Shown: positions 37,032 through 47,199, numbered from the stretch's first letter. The stretch: DNA of 64,000 nucleotides from Clostridia bacterium (GCA_017613275.1 JAGAED010000006.1:24841-88840); one strand, 5' to 3'. Numbers and translations: made by a program. The notes: generated by a model not told the origin, from the letters alone.

Positions 37032-37766
37032 ATGAAATATAAGAGAATTTTACTAAAACTAAGTGGTGGAGCGCTAGGAGGAGCAAATGGAGAAAACTTC
37101 AGTAAGGAAAAACTTGAAAACATTACAAACCAAATAATCGCAGCAAAAAATAATGGAATTGAAATAGCTGTTTTAGTTGGTGGAGGAAATATTTTTAGAG
37201 GTAGAACTGCTGAAGAGTGGAACATTGAAAGAGTTGAAGCAGATAATATAGGAATGATGGCTACTATAATTAACAGCTTAATGTTAAGAGGAGCTATATC
37301 ATCTAAAACTGAGGATGATGTAAGAGTTATGACATCAATTCCAGTACCATCAGTTGCTGAACCATACATCAGATTAAAAGCAAAAAAACACTTAGATAAA
37401 GGTAGAATCATTATTTTTGGTGGGGGATTAGGACAACCATTTGTTACAACAGATTATCCATCAGTTCAAAGAGCTATAGAAATAGATGCTGATATTGTTT
37501 TAATGGCAAAGAGCGGGGCAAATGGAGTTTATACTGCTGACCCTAGAAAAGATCAAAATGCTAAGAGATATAAAAACTTAACTTATGATGATGTAATTAG
37601 CCAAAACCTACAAGTTGCTGACCAATCATCATTTGTTTTAGCAAGAGATTACAATATGCCATTATATGTATTTGACTTTGATGAACCAGATGCAATCTCT
37701 AAGGTTTGCAATGGTGAGTTAATTGGAACTTATGTAGGAAGAGATTGTGAAACTGAATTATATTAA
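37032..37766 (+). CDS. pyrH: UMP kinase
   Basis: KRILLKLSGGAL, VGGGNIFRG, GVYTADPRK motifs; ATG 37032 after GGAGGAAGA; not flanked by tsf or frr. Confidence 0.88.
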   Translation: MKYKRILLKLSGGALGGANGENFSKEKLENITNQIIAAKNNGIEIAVLVGGGNIFRGRTAEEWNIERVEADNIGMMATIINSLMLRGAISSKTEDDVRVMTSIPVPSVAEPYIRLKAKKHLDKGRIIIFGGGLGQPFVTTDYPSVQRAIEIDADIVLMAKSGANGVYTADPRKDQNAKRYKNLTYDDVISQNLQVADQSSFVLARDYNMPLYVFDFDEPDAISKVCNGELIGTYVGRDCETELY

Positions 37767-37773
37767 AAATAAA

Positions 37774-37803
37774 AATTCTCAGCTTTGCTGGGAATTTTTT
37801 TGC
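37774..37803 (+). terminator. Rho-independent terminator of pyrH
   Basis: AATTCTCAGC-ttt-GCTGGGAATT followed by T-run. Confidence 0.7.
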
Positions 37804-37810
37804 TTTAAAT

Positions 37811-37840
37811 TTGACAAAAATAGCCATTTTAGGGTATAAT
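37811..37840 (+). promoter_or_regulatory. Putative promoter of gdpP (TTGACA-18-TATAAT)
   Basis: Consensus hexamers at 37811-37816 and 37835-37840. Confidence 0.5.
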
Positions 37841-37902
37841 ATACTTGTATTATAATGCAAATAAGAAAGGAGTGTATGATATAAAATATCATACAAAAGA
37901 AG

Positions 37903-39921
37903 ATGCAAAGTCCAAATAGAAAAGTTTTTGATAATTTAGTTTCAAGAACTAAAATTTATTTAGTAATTATATTACTATTATTGGTTTATATTTGTATAAA
38001 AGAAAATGCATTAATTGTGCCTTCAATATTAGTGTTTGCTGTAATTATGGCATATGCCTATTTTGCAAACAATAAAAGAAAGAGTGAGATTTCTGAAACA
38101 TTGCAAGACCTTACTTTAACAGTTGATAGCACAGCTAAGAGCAGTCTTATAAACTCGCCTTTTCCACTTGTTATCTTGGAAACAGATGGTAATATTGTTT
38201 GGAAAAGTTCAAAGTTCGTGGCTGAGTTTCAAAATGTACAAATTAACAATTATATAGATGACTTAGTTTATGACATAAAAAATGAAATTGAAAAAGAAGA
38301 GAATAAAAAAGACATTGAAAAGCAAATTCAAATCGGAAAAAATACTTATAAGGTATTTGCGAAATTTGTTCATACTAAAAATAAAAATAGGGATAAAAAG
38401 AACAAAAATGCTTATATGATGGTTATTTATTTTCTTAATGAAACAGAAAAAATCAATTTAGAACAAGAATATGAAAACTCTAAAACTTGTGTTGGAATGA
38501 TAATGATAGATAACTATGAGGAAACAACACAGCTTTTAGAAAGTGAGGAAGTAATAAATAGCAAAGCTGAAATAGATAAATGCATGTATGACTGGATTAA
38601 CAAATGGAATGGAATCCTTATTAAAACTGAAAGAGATAGATATGTTTGCTATTTTGAACAAAGATATTTAGAGGAGATAAAGGAAGAAAAATTCAGCATT
38701 TTAGACCAAATAAAAGACATCAACTTGAAGGGAAAAGGGCAGTTAACTCTAAGTATTGCAATTTCTAATGAAGGCGAAAACCTAAAAGAAAAATATAAAT
38801 CAGCTCAAGCAGCTATGGATGTTGTTCTTGGTAGAGGTGGTGACCAAGCTGTTATTAGAGAAAATGATATTTATAAATTCTTTGGTGGAAGAGCCCAAGA
38901 GGTTGAAAAGAGAACTAAGGTTAAGGCAAGGGTTGTAGCTCATGCTTTAGAAAACTTGGTTAAAGAATCTAGCAAAGTTTTAATAATGGGACATACAAAT
39001 CCGGATATAGATGCAATGGGGTCAGCTCTCGGTATGTATAGATTTGTAAAATGCCTAAACAAAAAAGCTTATATAGTAACAGGTGGTTTTTCAACTGCAT
39101 TAGACTCTTTTAATGAGATTTTAAGTGAAGATGTAGAATATGAAGACGCACTTATTTCTAAGGAAGTAGCACTTGAAAATATCGATGATGATACACTTTT
39201 AATAGTTGTAGATACTCATAAGAAAAATTTTGTTGAGTCAATTGAAGTACTAGAAAAATGTAGCAAAATTGTTGTAATTGACCACCACAGAAGAAGTACA
39301 GACTTTATAGAAAATGCAACATTGATGTTCCAAGAAGTTTATGCTTCATCTGCTGCAGAGCTTGTAACAGAATTAATTCAATACGCTACAGCTGAGATAA
39401 ACTTAAAAACAATCGAAGCCGAAAGCTTATATGCCGGAATTATGATGGACACTAAAAACTTTACATTCAAAACAGGTGTAAGAACATTTGAGGCAGCTGC
39501 ATACCTTAGAAAATGCGGTGTTGATATAATTAGAGTTAAAAAATGGTTCCAAAGTAACTTAAACGGATTTACAAAAATAGCTGATATTGTTAAAGATGCA
39601 GAAATAGTAAATGACACAATAGCTATTTCACAATATGATGGCAGGGAAAGAGATGCATGTATTACATGTGCTAAAGCTGCTGACGAATTACTTACGATAT
39701 GTGATATTACAGCATCATTTGTACTTGGATATATTGGAGATAGGATTTGTATAAGTGGTCGTTCAATTGGTGATGTAAATGTTCAAATAATACTTGAAAA
39801 ACTTGGGGGTGGAGGACACTTAACCGTTGCCGGAGCCCAAGTTGAAGGAATGACAATAGAAGAAGTAAAAGAAGAATTAAAAACTCGAATAAACGAATAC
39901 TTTGCAGAATTAACAAACTAA
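37903..39921 (+). CDS. gdpP: GdpP-type c-di-AMP phosphodiesterase (2 TM + PAS-like + degenerate GGDEF + DHH/DHHA1)
   Basis: GHTNPDIDAMGS, VIDHHRR and GGGH (DHHA1) motifs; two N-terminal TM helices; conserved gdpP-rplI-dnaB synteny. Confidence 0.9.
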   Translation: MQSPNRKVFDNLVSRTKIYLVIILLLLVYICIKENALIVPSILVFAVIMAYAYFANNKRKSEISETLQDLTLTVDSTAKSSLINSPFPLVILETDGNIVWKSSKFVAEFQNVQINNYIDDLVYDIKNEIEKEENKKDIEKQIQIGKNTYKVFAKFVHTKNKNRDKKNKNAYMMVIYFLNETEKINLEQEYENSKTCVGMIMIDNYEETTQLLESEEVINSKAEIDKCMYDWINKWNGILIKTERDRYVCYFEQRYLEEIKEEKFSILDQIKDINLKGKGQLTLSIAISNEGENLKEKYKSAQAAMDVVLGRGGDQAVIRENDIYKFFGGRAQEVEKRTKVKARVVAHALENLVKESSKVLIMGHTNPDIDAMGSALGMYRFVKCLNKKAYIVTGGFSTALDSFNEILSEDVEYEDALISKEVALENIDDDTLLIVVDTHKKNFVESIEVLEKCSKIVVIDHHRRSTDFIENATLMFQEVYASSAAELVTELIQYATAEINLKTIEAESLYAGIMMDTKNFTFKTGVRTFEAAAYLRKCGVDIIRVKKWFQSNLNGFTKIADIVKDAEIVNDTIAISQYDGRERDACITCAKAADELLTICDITASFVLGYIGDRICISGRSIGDVNVQIILEKLGGGGHLTVAGAQVEGMTIEEVKEELKTRINEYFAELTN

Positions 39922-39965
39922 CCTTGTTTTGGGGACACTCCCCCAAAACAAGGTTTTTTATTTTT
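39921..39965 (+). terminator. PAL palindrome copy acting as terminator of gdpP
   Basis: ACCTTGTTTTGGGGACACTCCCCCAAAACAAGGTTTTTTATTTTT. Confidence 0.8.
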
Positions 39966-39974
39966 GCAAAATAC

Positions 39975-40003
39975 TTGAAAAATGAGCTAAAATATTGTAG
40001 AAT
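39975..40003 (+). promoter_or_regulatory. Putative promoter of rplI-dnaB (TTGAAA-17-TAGAAT)
   Basis: Hexamers at 39975-39980 and 39998-40003. Confidence 0.45.
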
Positions 40004-40027
40004 AAATGTCGTTAAGGAGTGATAATA

Positions 40028-40474
40028 ATGAAAGTAATTTTATTAGATAATATAAAGGGTGTTGGAAAAAAAGACGAGATTATAAATGCTGCAGATGGAT
40101 ATGCTAGGAATTTTCTATTACCAAAAGGCTTAGGGGTAGAAGCAAATAGCGAGAATTTGGCTAAACTAAAAGCTAAAAATGATTCAAAAGCTTATCAAAA
40201 AAGCCAAGACAAAGAAGCTGCACAAAAGGTTGCGGATAAGATGGAAAAAATTAGATTAAAAATGCCGGTTAAAACTGGAGAAAATGGAAAAGTATTTGGT
40301 GGAGTTTCATCAAAAGAAATTGCTGACGTTTTAGAAAAACAATACGGAATAAAAGTCGACAAAAAGAAAATTGATTTGAAAGAAACTATCAAAGAACTTG
40401 GAACTAGAACAATTGACATCAAACTATTTGAAGGTGTAATTGGCAAACTAAAAATAGACGTAATCGCACAATAG
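40028..40474 (+). CDS. rplI: 50S ribosomal protein L9
   Basis: [34 protein letters not shown] signature; 148 aa. Confidence 0.96.
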   Translation: MKVILLDNIKGVGKKDEIINAADGYARNFLLPKGLGVEANSENLAKLKAKNDSKAYQKSQDKEAAQKVADKMEKIRLKMPVKTGENGKVFGGVSSKEIADVLEKQYGIKVDKKKIDLKETIKELGTRTIDIKLFEGVIGKLKIDVIAQ

Positions 40475-40516
40475 TTTAAATGTCAATATGTAAAAGGAAA
40501 ACTGGAGGAGAATTTT

Positions 40517-41851
40517 ATGGAGTTAGGAAAAGTACCCCCACACGACATAGAAGCTGAGCAAGCAGTAATAGGAAGTATGCTTACAGACTTCGATGCTGTT
40601 GTAACAGCAATAGAAATGTTAAAACCAGAAGATTTTTATAGAGAAGATAATAGGTTGATATTTGTTGCAATAGTTAGTTTGTTCAACAAAGGGGAACCAG
40701 TCGATATAATCACTGTAAAATCAGAGTTAGAGAGCATGGGCAAGTTTGACAATGTTGGTGGAATTGAATATTTAGCAGAATTGCCAGACAAGGTTCCAAC
40801 AACTGCAAATGTTACAAAATACATAAAAATAGTAGAGGAAAAGGCAACTCTAAGGCAACTAATAAAAACTGCAAACGAAATAATTGATTTGGGTTATGAC
40901 ACAACAGAAGATGTGGATGCAATAATTGAGGGAGCAGAAAAAAAGATTTTTGATACAATTCAAAATAAAAATACAAAAAGCTATACTCCTTTAAAAGATG
41001 TTTTGGTTGATAGCTTTACACAATTGGAAGAATTGTATAATAGAAAACAACATGTTACAGGTGTGCCATCTGGATTTAAAGAGTTGGACTACAAAACAGC
41101 AGGTTTTCATGGTTCTGAATTGATTTTGATTGCTGCAAGACCTGCTATGGGTAAATCTGCTTTTGTTTTAAATATTGCTACAAATGCTGCATTAAAGGCT
41201 AATACGCCAGTTGCAATTTTCAGTTTGGAAATGAGTAAAGAACAGATGGTAAACAGAATTCTTTGTAGTGAGGCGATGGTGGATAGCAATAAGGTTAGAA
41301 CAGGTAAGCTAGAAGAAGATGACTGGACTAAGCTTGCAGAGGCTATTGGACCTCTTTCAGAAGCTGAAATATTTATTGATGATACACCAGGTATTTCTGT
41401 AACAGAGATAAGATCAAAATGTAGAAAGTTGAAAATGGAAAAAAATATAGGCCTTGTTATAATTGACTATTTGCAACTTGTTCAAGCAAGTTCAAGAAGA
41501 GGAGGAAGCCGTGAACAAGAGATTTCTGAGATAAGTAGGTCACTAAAAATTCTTGCAAAAGAGATTGGAGTGCCTGTAATTGCACTTTCTCAGCTATCTA
41601 GAGCGGTTGAACAAAGACCAGACCATAGACCTATGCTTTCGGATTTGCGTGAATCTGGAGCTATTGAGCAAGATGCCGACTTAGTTATGTTTTTATACAG
41701 GGATGATTATTATAATCCAGAAAGTGAAAAGAAAAATGTGGCAGAGGTTATAATTGCAAAACACAGAGGAGGTTCAACTGGAACGCTTGATTTATTATGG
41801 CTTGGAAGCTATACAAAATTTGTTGATTTGGAAAAAAGATTTGATGATTAA
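40517..41851 (+). CDS. dnaB: Replicative DNA helicase
   Basis: PPHDIEAEQAVIGSML N-terminus, Walker A ARPAMGKSAF, IIDYLQL, SQLSRAVEQR motifs. Confidence 0.96.
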   Translation: MELGKVPPHDIEAEQAVIGSMLTDFDAVVTAIEMLKPEDFYREDNRLIFVAIVSLFNKGEPVDIITVKSELESMGKFDNVGGIEYLAELPDKVPTTANVTKYIKIVEEKATLRQLIKTANEIIDLGYDTTEDVDAIIEGAEKKIFDTIQNKNTKSYTPLKDVLVDSFTQLEELYNRKQHVTGVPSGFKELDYKTAGFHGSELILIAARPAMGKSAFVLNIATNAALKANTPVAIFSLEMSKEQMVNRILCSEAMVDSNKVRTGKLEEDDWTKLAEAIGPLSEAEIFIDDTPGISVTEIRSKCRKLKMEKNIGLVIIDYLQLVQASSRRGGSREQEISEISRSLKILAKEIGVPVIALSQLSRAVEQRPDHRPMLSDLRESGAIEQDADLVMFLYRDDYYNPESEKKNVAEVIIAKHRGGSTGTLDLLWLGSYTKFVDLEKRFDD

Positions 41852-41953
41852 AGGTTGCTAATTGGCAACTTTTTCCATTTTAGACTAGATTTTATCTAAA
41901 ATATGTGATATAATTGCACATGCAGAAAAAATTATATATGGGAGTAAAATTTT

Positions 41954-42952
41954 ATGAATGATTTAGAAAAAAAGGTTTTAAATACAATTAAAGAAAACAA
42001 GTTAATTAAAGATGGAGATAAGCTTGTATTGGCTGTTTCTGGCGGCCCAGATTCTATAGCTATGCTAAATGTTTTAAATAATATTAGAAATAGCAAAGAA
42101 ATTGATTTTGAAATTGTAGTATGTCATATAAATCACATGATTAGGGAAGAGGCAGGAGAAGACGAAGCTTTTGTAAAAGATTTTTGCGAAAAAATTGATG
42201 TTCAATTTTTTTCAAAAAGTATAGATGTAAAAGAAATTGCTAATAATAATAAAATAGGATTAGAAGAAGCTGGCAGAATTGCAAGATATAAATATTTTGA
42301 TGAGGTTGCAAAGCTTACGGGTTCAAAGAAAATTGCAATTGCACACAATAAAAATGATAGTGTAGAAACAATTATTATGCATATTCTTAGAGGCTGCGGA
42401 ACCTACGGTTTGCATGGAATTGTTGCAAAAAATGGAAAATACATCAGACCTTTAATAGATTGTCAAAGACAGGAAATTGAGGAATATTGCAATGAGAATG
42501 GCATTGAGGCAAGAATTGATAAAACAAATTTCGAAAATATTTATACAAGAAATAAAATCAGGAATGTAGTTATTCCGTATATAAAAGAGGAATTTAATCC
42601 AAATATTATTGAGACAATTTCAAGACTTTCTGAGGCTGTTAGATTACAAGATGGCTTTTATGATGCTTTTACAAAAAGAGTTTTTGATATTTTGAAGTGC
42701 GAAGATACGTCAAAACAGATTGTTTATGAAATTGGTTCTTTTAATATGCAAGATAAGGTCATAAGATCACGACTTGTTTTATATACTATAAAGAGGCTTA
42801 TGGGTACAAGCAATGGTATTGAGAAAATACATATTGATGATATTTTGAAGCTTTGTGAGAAAAATATAGGAAATAAATTCTTAATGCCTAATAAAAACTT
42901 AAAGGTTTTAGTACAAAATAGAAAGATTTATTTTATGAAGGTTAGGAACTAA
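41954..42952 (+). CDS. tilS: tRNA(Ile)-lysidine synthetase
   Basis: PP-loop LAVSGGPDSIAML, HINHMIR, AHNKNDSVETI motifs. Confidence 0.92.
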   Translation: MNDLEKKVLNTIKENKLIKDGDKLVLAVSGGPDSIAMLNVLNNIRNSKEIDFEIVVCHINHMIREEAGEDEAFVKDFCEKIDVQFFSKSIDVKEIANNNKIGLEEAGRIARYKYFDEVAKLTGSKKIAIAHNKNDSVETIIMHILRGCGTYGLHGIVAKNGKYIRPLIDCQRQEIEEYCNENGIEARIDKTNFENIYTRNKIRNVVIPYIKEEFNPNIIETISRLSEAVRLQDGFYDAFTKRVFDILKCEDTSKQIVYEIGSFNMQDKVIRSRLVLYTIKRLMGTSNGIEKIHIDDILKLCEKNIGNKFLMPNKNLKVLVQNRKIYFMKVRN

Positions 42953-43090
42953 ATATATATTTCCGTAGTAAAACGAGGAAACACGCTATTTTGTAATAAA
43001 AATGACATATAAAAAAGTATTGTAATTCTTAAAATTATATGTTATAAAAAGCTTATAAAATAAATATATGACACTAGAGGAGGAATTGTT

Positions 43091-44899
43091 TTGAAAAACG
43101 GAATTAAAACTTTAGCCATGTGGCTAATTATTGGAGTAATTTTCTTGGTAGTTTTATCTTCAATCTTGGAAAATAGTAACTCTAAACTAAAATATTCTGA
43201 ACTTATTGCTCAAATAAGTGATGGAAAGGTTCAAAGTATTACTTTAGAGGCTGATGGAACAACAGCTACTGTTACTTTAAAAGATAGCAAGCAAAAGAAA
43301 GAAGTAAATATTCCAAGTGTTGAAAGCTTTATGGACTCAACTGCAGATTACCTAAAAGAGGGAGCTTTCGAATTAGAAGAAAAATCCGAATCATTCTTTG
43401 TAACAATTATAAGTCTTCTAACACCATTCGGAATCTTAATTATTTTCTTTATTTTCTGGTTTATCATGATGGGCGGAATTTCTGGCAATAGCGGTGGAAA
43501 CAAAACTATGTCATTTGGAAAAAGCAAAGCTAGAATGATGACTCCAGCTGATAAAAATAAGGTTACTTTTGAAGATGTAGCAGGTGTTGATGAAGAAAAA
43601 GAAGAACTAGAAGAAATTGTTCAATTTTTAAAAAATCCTAAAAAATTCACAGACATGGGTGCAAGAATTCCAAAAGGTGTGCTACTTGTTGGTCAACCAG
43701 GTACTGGTAAAACATTGCTTGCAAAAGCTGTTGCTGGAGAAGCAGGAGTTCCATTCTTTATTATAAGTGGTTCAGACTTTGTTGAAATGTTCGTTGGTGT
43801 TGGTGCATCTAGAGTTAGAGATTTATTTGAACAAGCTAAGAAAAATTCTCCATGTATAGTATTTATAGATGAGATTGATGCAGTTGGTCGTCAAAGAGGT
43901 GCAGGACTAGGAGGAGGACATGACGAAAGAGAGCAAACATTAAACCAATTATTGGTTGAAATGGACGGATTTGCTCCAAACGAAGGAGTTATAGTATTAG
44001 CTGCAACTAACAGACCAGACGTATTAGATAAAGCACTTTTAAGAGCAGGAAGATTTGATAGACAAATTATGGTTGGTGCGCCAGATGTAAAAGAAAGAGA
44101 AAGAATTTTAGAGGTCCACTCTAAAAAGAAAAGATTATCTGATGATGTTGACTTAAAAGTTATTGCTAAAAACACATCAGGTTTTGTGGGAGCTGACTTA
44201 GAAAATGTTCTAAACGAAGCTGCACTTTTAGCTGCAAGAAGAAACTTGACAGAAATCGGAATGAAGGAAATCGAAGATGCCATGGTAAAAGTTACTATGG
44301 GACCTGAAAAGAAGGCAAGAGTAAGAAGCGAAAAGGAAAATAGACTTGTTGCATACCACGAAGCAGGTCATGCTGTTGTAAGTCATTTCCTAGATACACA
44401 AGATCCAGTTCATCAAATATCAATCGTACCAAGAGGTATGGCTGGAGGTTATACAATGTATAGACCTTCAGAAGATAAATCTTTCATGTCTAAAACAGAA
44501 ATGGAAGAAAACATTGTGTCACTTTTAGGTGGCCGTGTTGCTGAAGCATTAATTTTAAATGATATTTCAACTGGTGCTTCAAACGATATTGAAAGAGCAA
44601 CAAAAATTGCAAGAAGTATGGTTACAAAATACGGAATGAGTGAAAGAATCGGTGCTGTAATGCTTGGTTCTAACCAAGAAGAAGTATTTCTTGGAAGAGA
44701 TTTTGCTCAAGGTAAAGAGTATTCAGAAGAAACTGCTGGAATAATTGATGAAGAAACAAAGAAATTTATTGATATTGCATACAACAGAGCTAAACAAATT
44801 TTAACAGACAATATTGACAAATTACATCAAGTTGCAGGAATCTTACTTGAAAAAGAAAAAATCGAGGGCGAAGAATTTGATGCAATATTTGCAGATTAA
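43091..44899 (+). CDS. ftsH: ATP-dependent zinc metalloprotease FtsH
   Basis: Two TM helices, Walker [17 protein letters not shown], zinc site HEAGHA; TTG start after GGAGGAATTGTT. Confidence 0.96.
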   Translation: MKNGIKTLAMWLIIGVIFLVVLSSILENSNSKLKYSELIAQISDGKVQSITLEADGTTATVTLKDSKQKKEVNIPSVESFMDSTADYLKEGAFELEEKSESFFVTIISLLTPFGILIIFFIFWFIMMGGISGNSGGNKTMSFGKSKARMMTPADKNKVTFEDVAGVDEEKEELEEIVQFLKNPKKFTDMGARIPKGVLLVGQPGTGKTLLAKAVAGEAGVPFFIISGSDFVEMFVGVGASRVRDLFEQAKKNSPCIVFIDEIDAVGRQRGAGLGGGHDEREQTLNQLLVEMDGFAPNEGVIVLAATNRPDVLDKALLRAGRFDRQIMVGAPDVKERERILEVHSKKKRLSDDVDLKVIAKNTSGFVGADLENVLNEAALLAARRNLTEIGMKEIEDAMVKVTMGPEKKARVRSEKENRLVAYHEAGHAVVSHFLDTQDPVHQISIVPRGMAGGYTMYRPSEDKSFMSKTEMEENIVSLLGGRVAEALILNDISTGASNDIERATKIARSMVTKYGMSERIGAVMLGSNQEEVFLGRDFAQGKEYSEETAGIIDEETKKFIDIAYNRAKQILTDNIDKLHQVAGILLEKEKIEGEEFDAIFAD

Positions 44900-44911
44900 A
44901 ATAATAAAAAG

Positions 44912-44945
44912 AAAACGATTTGGCATAGCCAAATCGTTTTTTTTA
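44912..44945. terminator. Bidirectional terminator between convergent ftsH and the minus-strand gene
   Basis: AAAACGATTTGGC-ata-GCCAAATCGTTTT with A-run upstream and T-run downstream. Confidence 0.8.
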
Positions 44946-45377
44946 GGCATCTTCATCACATCTTGGCATTGTTTTAACATCTTCAGCAAAACAATCACAT
45001 TTATCCATGTCCTTGCCTCTTAAGCATTTACCTTCGTGATGACATTTTGCACATATTTTGATTTGTTTTGTATCATTTACCCAAATTTGTACGGCATATT
45101 TCTTATCTGGGCAAAGTGGTCCAAATACAAATTCTCCTTCTTTATCAGTAAAGGTATGACCTACTGGTCTTCTTTCTTCTTTTCCATGTTCGTATACTAT
45201 TTCTACTAGTTTTACTACTGCGTCTGCAACTGGTTCTTTGAAACAGTTTTTGACTGTCCCATAGATTGCGTTTCTGTGGTCTTCTGGTAGTGTGATGTCT
45301 AAATCATATTGTTTTCCTTTATTTATTACCCCATCTATATCGAATTTTGGGCAATCTGGCTTTTTGAATTCTTCCAT
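44943..45377 (-). CDS. Small Cys/His-rich protein (144 aa) with transthyretin/CarboxypepD_reg-like beta-sandwich motif; possible spore-coat-type protein
   Basis: ATG 45377 after AAAGGATGA; IYGTVKN...PVADAVVKLV...FTDKEGEFVFGPL pattern; C-terminal CAKCHHEGKCLRGKDMDKCDC; the only minus-strand gene in the window. Confidence 0.7.
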   Translation of the reverse strand: MEEFKKPDCPKFDIDGVINKGKQYDLDITLPEDHRNAIYGTVKNCFKEPVADAVVKLVEIVYEHGKEERRPVGHTFTDKEGEFVFGPLCPDKKYAVQIWVNDTKQIKICAKCHHEGKCLRGKDMDKCDCFAEDVKTMPRCDEDA

Positions 45378-45493
45378 TTTTATCATCCTTTCTACTATAA
45401 TATATGAGAAAAATGTCAAATTAGTGATGATAAAAGTTGGAATAATTATAAAAAAATATCATATAAATAAAAGAGAAATATGGGGTGAATTAA

Positions 45494-45733
45494 ATGTTTT
45501 TGGTTTTGAATAGAGAAAAAATTTCGGCATATGTTATTTCAATTTTGACAGTATGCTTTTTATTTTTTATTGCTAATAATGCTACAAAAAATGATATTAA
45601 TAAAACTGAACCAGCTTCGGTAAAGGCAGAAACAAGAACAGAAGTAAATAATGAAGCTAACAATACAAACAACAATACTACAAATGTGAATAATGCAACA
45701 AGTTCTGGAAATACTATACAAAAGCACAATTGA
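45494..45733 (+). CDS. Small membrane-anchored Asn/Thr-rich protein (79 aa)
   Basis: ATG after GGGGTGA; one TM helix (ISAYVISILTVCFLFFIA); low-complexity tail. Confidence 0.5.
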   Translation: MFLVLNREKISAYVISILTVCFLFFIANNATKNDINKTEPASVKAETRTEVNNEANNTNNNTTNVNNATSSGNTIQKHN

Positions 45734-45773
45734 AAGTTTATAGACTTGTGAAGTGCAACAAGGAGTAAGTAAA

Positions 45774-46277
45774 ATGATTTTTGCTGGTGTTGTTTCTGAC
45801 AACAAAAAATTTGAAATTGTTAAAAAAATAATTTACAAAAATAAGAATAAAAGTGAAATAGCTCTAATACACATAAATAATAAGAGCATAGAAAATTTGA
45901 AAAATATCAAATTTGAGATAATTGTATTATTAGACTTGTCGAGTCCATTAGAGAAATATGTTGGTAGACTAGAGGAACTATGCAAAGATTCTAATTATTT
46001 GCTAATAAATTCTGATATAGAATTCCAAAATGATGTACTAAAAAATGTACAGGCAAATATAATTACTTTTGGGCTAAATCACTTGGCAACAGTTACTTTT
46101 TCAAGTGTGACAGATGAGAATTTGCTGATTTCTGTACAGAGGAATTTTCCTAATATTAATGGAGATTTAATTGATGTTGGGGAATATGCAGTTTCAATTA
46201 AAAAAGCTGAAAGAAATAACATATATGAAGTGATGATTGGACAGATAATTATGGATATAATTGCTGAAAAGCAGTAG
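45774..46277 (+). CDS. Hypothetical protein (167 aa)
   Basis: ATG 45774 is 8 nt after AGGAG; no motif I recognise. Confidence 0.7.
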   Translation: MIFAGVVSDNKKFEIVKKIIYKNKNKSEIALIHINNKSIENLKNIKFEIIVLLDLSSPLEKYVGRLEELCKDSNYLLINSDIEFQNDVLKNVQANIITFGLNHLATVTFSSVTDENLLISVQRNFPNINGDLIDVGEYAVSIKKAERNNIYEVMIGQIIMDIIAEKQ

Positions 46278-46324
46278 CGGTATTAGATATAATGAAAAAA
46301 ATTAGAAAAAATTAACTTTTTATG

Positions 46325-46353
46325 TAGACAAAACCAAAAAAACGTGGTATAAT
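46325..46353 (+). promoter_or_regulatory. Putative promoter (TAGACA-17-TGgTATAAT)
   Basis: Hexamers at 46325-46330 and 46348-46353 with extended -10 TG. Confidence 0.55.
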
Positions 46354-46422
46354 GGAAAAAGATTAAAGAAGTCTGAAGGAAAAAAGTACAATTGATAAAT
46401 ATAAAAATAGGGAGGAAATATT

Positions 46423-47130
46423 GTGGAAACAAATTATTTAGAAAACAACTATATTACATTAGTTGGAAAAGTTACAGGAGAGAAAAAACTAAGTCATGAA
46501 ATTTATGGAGAAAAATTCTATGTATTTAACTTAGAAATTCCAAGATTAAGTGGAAATTCAGATATAATTCCAGTTACAATTTCTGAAAGAATTATAAATG
46601 ATGACACATTAGTTGAAGGAAAAAAATTATTAGTAAAAGGACAATTCAGATCATACAATAGCTATGTTAATGAAAAAAACAAACTTATTTTAACTGTGTT
46701 TGCAAAAGACATTGTTGAAGTAACTGAAAATGAAGTTGAAGAAGAAAACGAAATGGTTAAAAAAGATGTTGTAACTAACGAAGTTGTTCTTATTGGTTAC
46801 ATATGCAAAAAACCAATCTATCGTCAAACACCATTTGGTAGAGAAATTGCTGATATTTTATTAGCTGTAAACAGAGCTTATAACAAATCAGATTATATCC
46901 CTTGTATAGCATGGGGAAGAAATGCTAGATTCTGCCAAACAATTGATGTTGGTGTTCAAGTTAAAATAGTAGGTAGAGTTCAATCAAGAACTTACGAGAA
47001 AAAATTTGAAGACGGAACAGTAGAAACAAGAGTAGCTTATGAAGTTTCAATTGGAAGCTTAGAAGTAATTAATGAAAATAAAGATGAGGCAGAAGGTTCA
47101 GAACAAGTTGAGGAACAAGAAGCTGTATAA
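46423..47130 (+). CDS. SSB-family protein with two tandem OB folds (235 aa)
   Basis: Second half matches the SSB pattern (VVLIGYICKKPIYRQTPFGREIADILLAVNR...CIAWGRNA...VKIVGRVQSRTYE); first half is a divergent OB fold; acidic tail without the canonical DDD(I/L)PF tip. Confidence 0.75.
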   Translation: METNYLENNYITLVGKVTGEKKLSHEIYGEKFYVFNLEIPRLSGNSDIIPVTISERIINDDTLVEGKKLLVKGQFRSYNSYVNEKNKLILTVFAKDIVEVTENEVEEENEMVKKDVVTNEVVLIGYICKKPIYRQTPFGREIADILLAVNRAYNKSDYIPCIAWGRNARFCQTIDVGVQVKIVGRVQSRTYEKKFEDGTVETRVAYEVSIGSLEVINENKDEAEGSEQVEEQEAV

Positions 47131-47144
47131 TGAATAAAATAAAA

Positions 47145-47171
47145 AAATCCGGATAAAATCTGGATTTTTTT
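47145..47171 (+). terminator. Rho-independent terminator
   Basis: AAATCCGGA-taaaa-TCTGGATTT followed by T-run. Confidence 0.7.
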
Positions 47172-47199
47172 AATGTAATTTAGTATAATTATTTTTAGG

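Noticed and set aside
36209-37411. 154-aa and 161-aa minus-strand ORFs antisense to the HD-GYP and pyrH genes
   Set aside because: The sense-strand proteins carry unambiguous catalytic motifs. The antisense ORFs have no RBS and no recognisable features.
41853-41878. A terminator after dnaB (GTTGC-taattg-GCAAC + TTTTT)
   Set aside because: The stem is only 5 bp, too weak to call confidently from sequence alone.
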